This document shows, piece by piece, positions 1 through 574 of a stretch of DNA of 574 nt. The first letter of the stretch is position 1. The number at the start of each line of letters is the position of its first letter. Origin of the DNA: Candidatus Hydrogenedens sp. (lineage in GTDB: Bacteria; Hydrogenedentota; Hydrogenedentia; Hydrogenedentales; Hydrogenedentaceae); assembly GCA_049968235.1 (NCBI GenBank), contig JBMFRC010000058.1:1-574 (forward strand). The letters run 5' to 3'. Under the pieces are notes generated by a model that searched no databases, was not told where the DNA came from, and worked only from the letters and a program-made list of their open reading frames with translations. Position numbers and translations under genes: made by a program.

Positions 1-493
1 CAATGTAGTCAAAAAAGGAATAACTCTTTTCGCTTTCATATTCAACGCCAAGGTCATCTATAGCAAGGTATTTTACATCTTCAACTATATGATCAACTTT
101 GCTGTAGATGGTATTAAAGAACTTTACAGAATTTTCAATGTAGAAAAGAGAGAATACAGATTCAAGATCCAAATCATCAACTTCAAGAAGTCCTTCTGTT
201 TCTTTGATAAGCAGTTTCTTCATTATGTATAAAAGCGTTGTAGTTTTACCAGAACCAACATTACCAGTTATGAAAAGACCTTTATTATTTGCGATTGCAT
301 TCTCTATTTTTTTCTTTATAACCTTGTTTACATATTCCTCTTTATACTCTGCAAAGAACCTCTCGCCGAAAAATTCTTTAAGAAATCTATCTATCTCACG
401 CTGTATGTATTTCTTTCTTTCCTCAATAAACTTCTCATAATTTGCTTTATCAAAATCTGTTTTTTCTATCTTCAAGAAAGGTCTGATATCCAT
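1..493 (-). CDS. AAA+ ATPase of the DnaC/DnaI/IstB (helicase-loader / IS21 helper) family, N-terminal 164 codons; the 3' end lies beyond the left edge of the window. Minus-strand translation: MDIRPFLKIEKTDFDKANYEKFIEERKKYIQREIDRFLKEFFGERFFAEYKEEYVNKVIKKKIENAIANNKGLFITGNVGSGKTTLLYIMKKLLIKETEGLLEVDDLDLESVFSLFYIENSVKFFNTIYSKVDHIVEDVKYLAIDDLGVEYESEKSYSFFDYI...
   Basis: Hand translation of the reverse complement gives an uninterrupted frame from the ATG at +491..493 (minus strand) to the window edge. The Walker A motif GNVGSGKTT is encoded at +239..265. The Walker B motif LAIDDLG is at +47..67, with Lys-to-Asp spacing of about 58 aa as in DnaC/DnaI/DnaA/IstB. The stretch 'DDLGVEYESEKSYSFFDYI' parallels DnaC 'DEIGVQTESKYEKVIINQIVDRR' and DnaI 'LDDLGAEAMSSWVRDDIFGPILQYR'. 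The start is supported by the SD GGGAGGAG (+502..509, minus strand) placed 8-10 nt upstream of the ATG. Codon usage is consistent along the frame and there is no competing long ORF. Confidence 0.8.
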   Translation of the reverse strand, partial: MDIRPFLKIEKTDFDKANYEKFIEERKKYIQREIDRFLKEFFGERFFAEYKEEYVNKVIKKKIENAIANNKGLFITGNVGSGKTTTLLYIMKKLLIKETEGLLEVDDLDLESVFSLFYIENSVKFFNTIYSKVDHIVEDVKYLAIDDLGVEYESEKSYSFFDYI

Positions 494-574
494 TAGATCC
501 ACTCCTCCCAATCTGATTTAGGAATCTCCTGTCCATCTACAAACACCTTCTCAGGTTCGTTGAGTTCATCAAGA
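493..574 (-). CDS. C-terminal 26 codons plus stop of an upstream co-directional gene of unknown function (...LDELNEPEKVFVDGQEIPKSDWEEWI*); the 5' end lies beyond the right edge of the window.
   Basis: The open frame on the minus strand (reverse-complement frame 2) runs from the window edge to TAA at +493..495. That stop overlaps the ATG of the downstream ATPase gene by one base (TAATG), which is typical operon architecture. The SD for the downstream gene is embedded in the last codons of this ORF. The tail is acidic and carries two Trp residues, and I do not recognise a family from 26 residues. Confidence in real coding is limited by the short length visible. Confidence 0.55.
   Translation of the reverse strand, partial: LDELNEPEKVFVDGQEIPKSDWEEWI
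502..509 (-). promoter_or_regulatory. Shine-Dalgarno / ribosome-binding site (GGGAGGAG) for the DnaC/IstB-like ATPase gene
   Basis: The + strand reads CTCCTCCC at 502..509, whose reverse complement is GGGAGGAG. It ends 8 nt upstream of the ATG at +493..491 on the minus strand. This is a near-perfect anti-16S match with ideal spacing. Confidence 0.75.

Noticed and set aside
307-313. T7 homopolymer on the + strand (A7 on the minus strand, within the codons for K-K-K-I)
   Set aside because: It is explained by consecutive Lys codons (aag aaa aaa) in an AT-rich, Lys-rich protein. There is no sign of a frameshift, as the frame stays open on both sides and the Walker motifs are in the same frame. 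It is not a programmed slippage site on the available evidence.
204-440. The supplied + strand ORF (78 aa, MISSFFIMYKSVVVLPEPTLPVMKRPLL...)
   Set aside because: It lies entirely antisense to the strongly supported minus-strand ATPase CDS and covers its Walker A region. It is low-complexity and hydrophobic (F/S/L/I rich, from reading an A/G-rich coding strand in reverse), has no SD upstream and has no recognisable motif. It is most likely a shadow ORF.
500-511. Alternative in-frame starts upstream of the ATG: TTG (+509..511, minus strand) and GTG (+500..502, minus strand)
   Set aside because: The TTG overlaps the SD itself and the GTG sits immediately 3' of it with no spacer. Neither has a usable ribosome-binding site. 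The ATG at +493..491 has ideal SD spacing and forms the classic TAATG overlap.
518-553. Short frame-1 reading EGVCRWTGDS* on the minus strand, upstream of the ATPase start
   Set aside because: It is only 10 codons long, bounded by stops, and overlaps the better-supported frame-2 C-terminus of the upstream gene. It is not a gene.
1-574. Possible IS21 terminal inverted repeats, CRISPR repeats or other repeat structure
   Set aside because: No direct or inverted repeats longer than 8 nt are evident by eye within the window, which is essentially all coding. Mobile-element boundaries, if any, must lie outside it.

Overview
This 574-bp, AT-rich window is read almost entirely on the minus strand. 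Its codon usage (AGA for Arg, CTT for Leu, many Lys/Glu/Ile codons) points to a low-GC organism, possibly a thermophile, though this is an impression only. Two co-directional minus-strand genes overlap at +491..495, where the + strand shows CATTA and the reverse complement reads TAATG: a stop and start sharing one base. The upstream gene contributes only its last 26 codons (+493..574) and I cannot assign it a function. The downstream gene starts at an ATG (first base of the start codon at +493) preceded by a strong GGGAGGAG Shine-Dalgarno sequence, and runs off the left edge of the window (164 codons visible). It has a Walker A P-loop (ITGNVGSGKTTLL) and, 58 residues downstream, a Walker B box (KYLAIDDLGVE). 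This spacing and the hhhhDDLG.E form are characteristic of the DnaA/DnaC/DnaI/IstB initiator/helicase-loader clade of AAA+ ATPases. The supplied + strand ORF at 204..440 is antisense to this gene and is almost certainly spurious. Whether the pair belongs to a prophage or plasmid replication module, an IS21-like istA/istB element, or something else cannot be decided from this window. I see no RNA genes, CRISPR repeats or other repeat structure.
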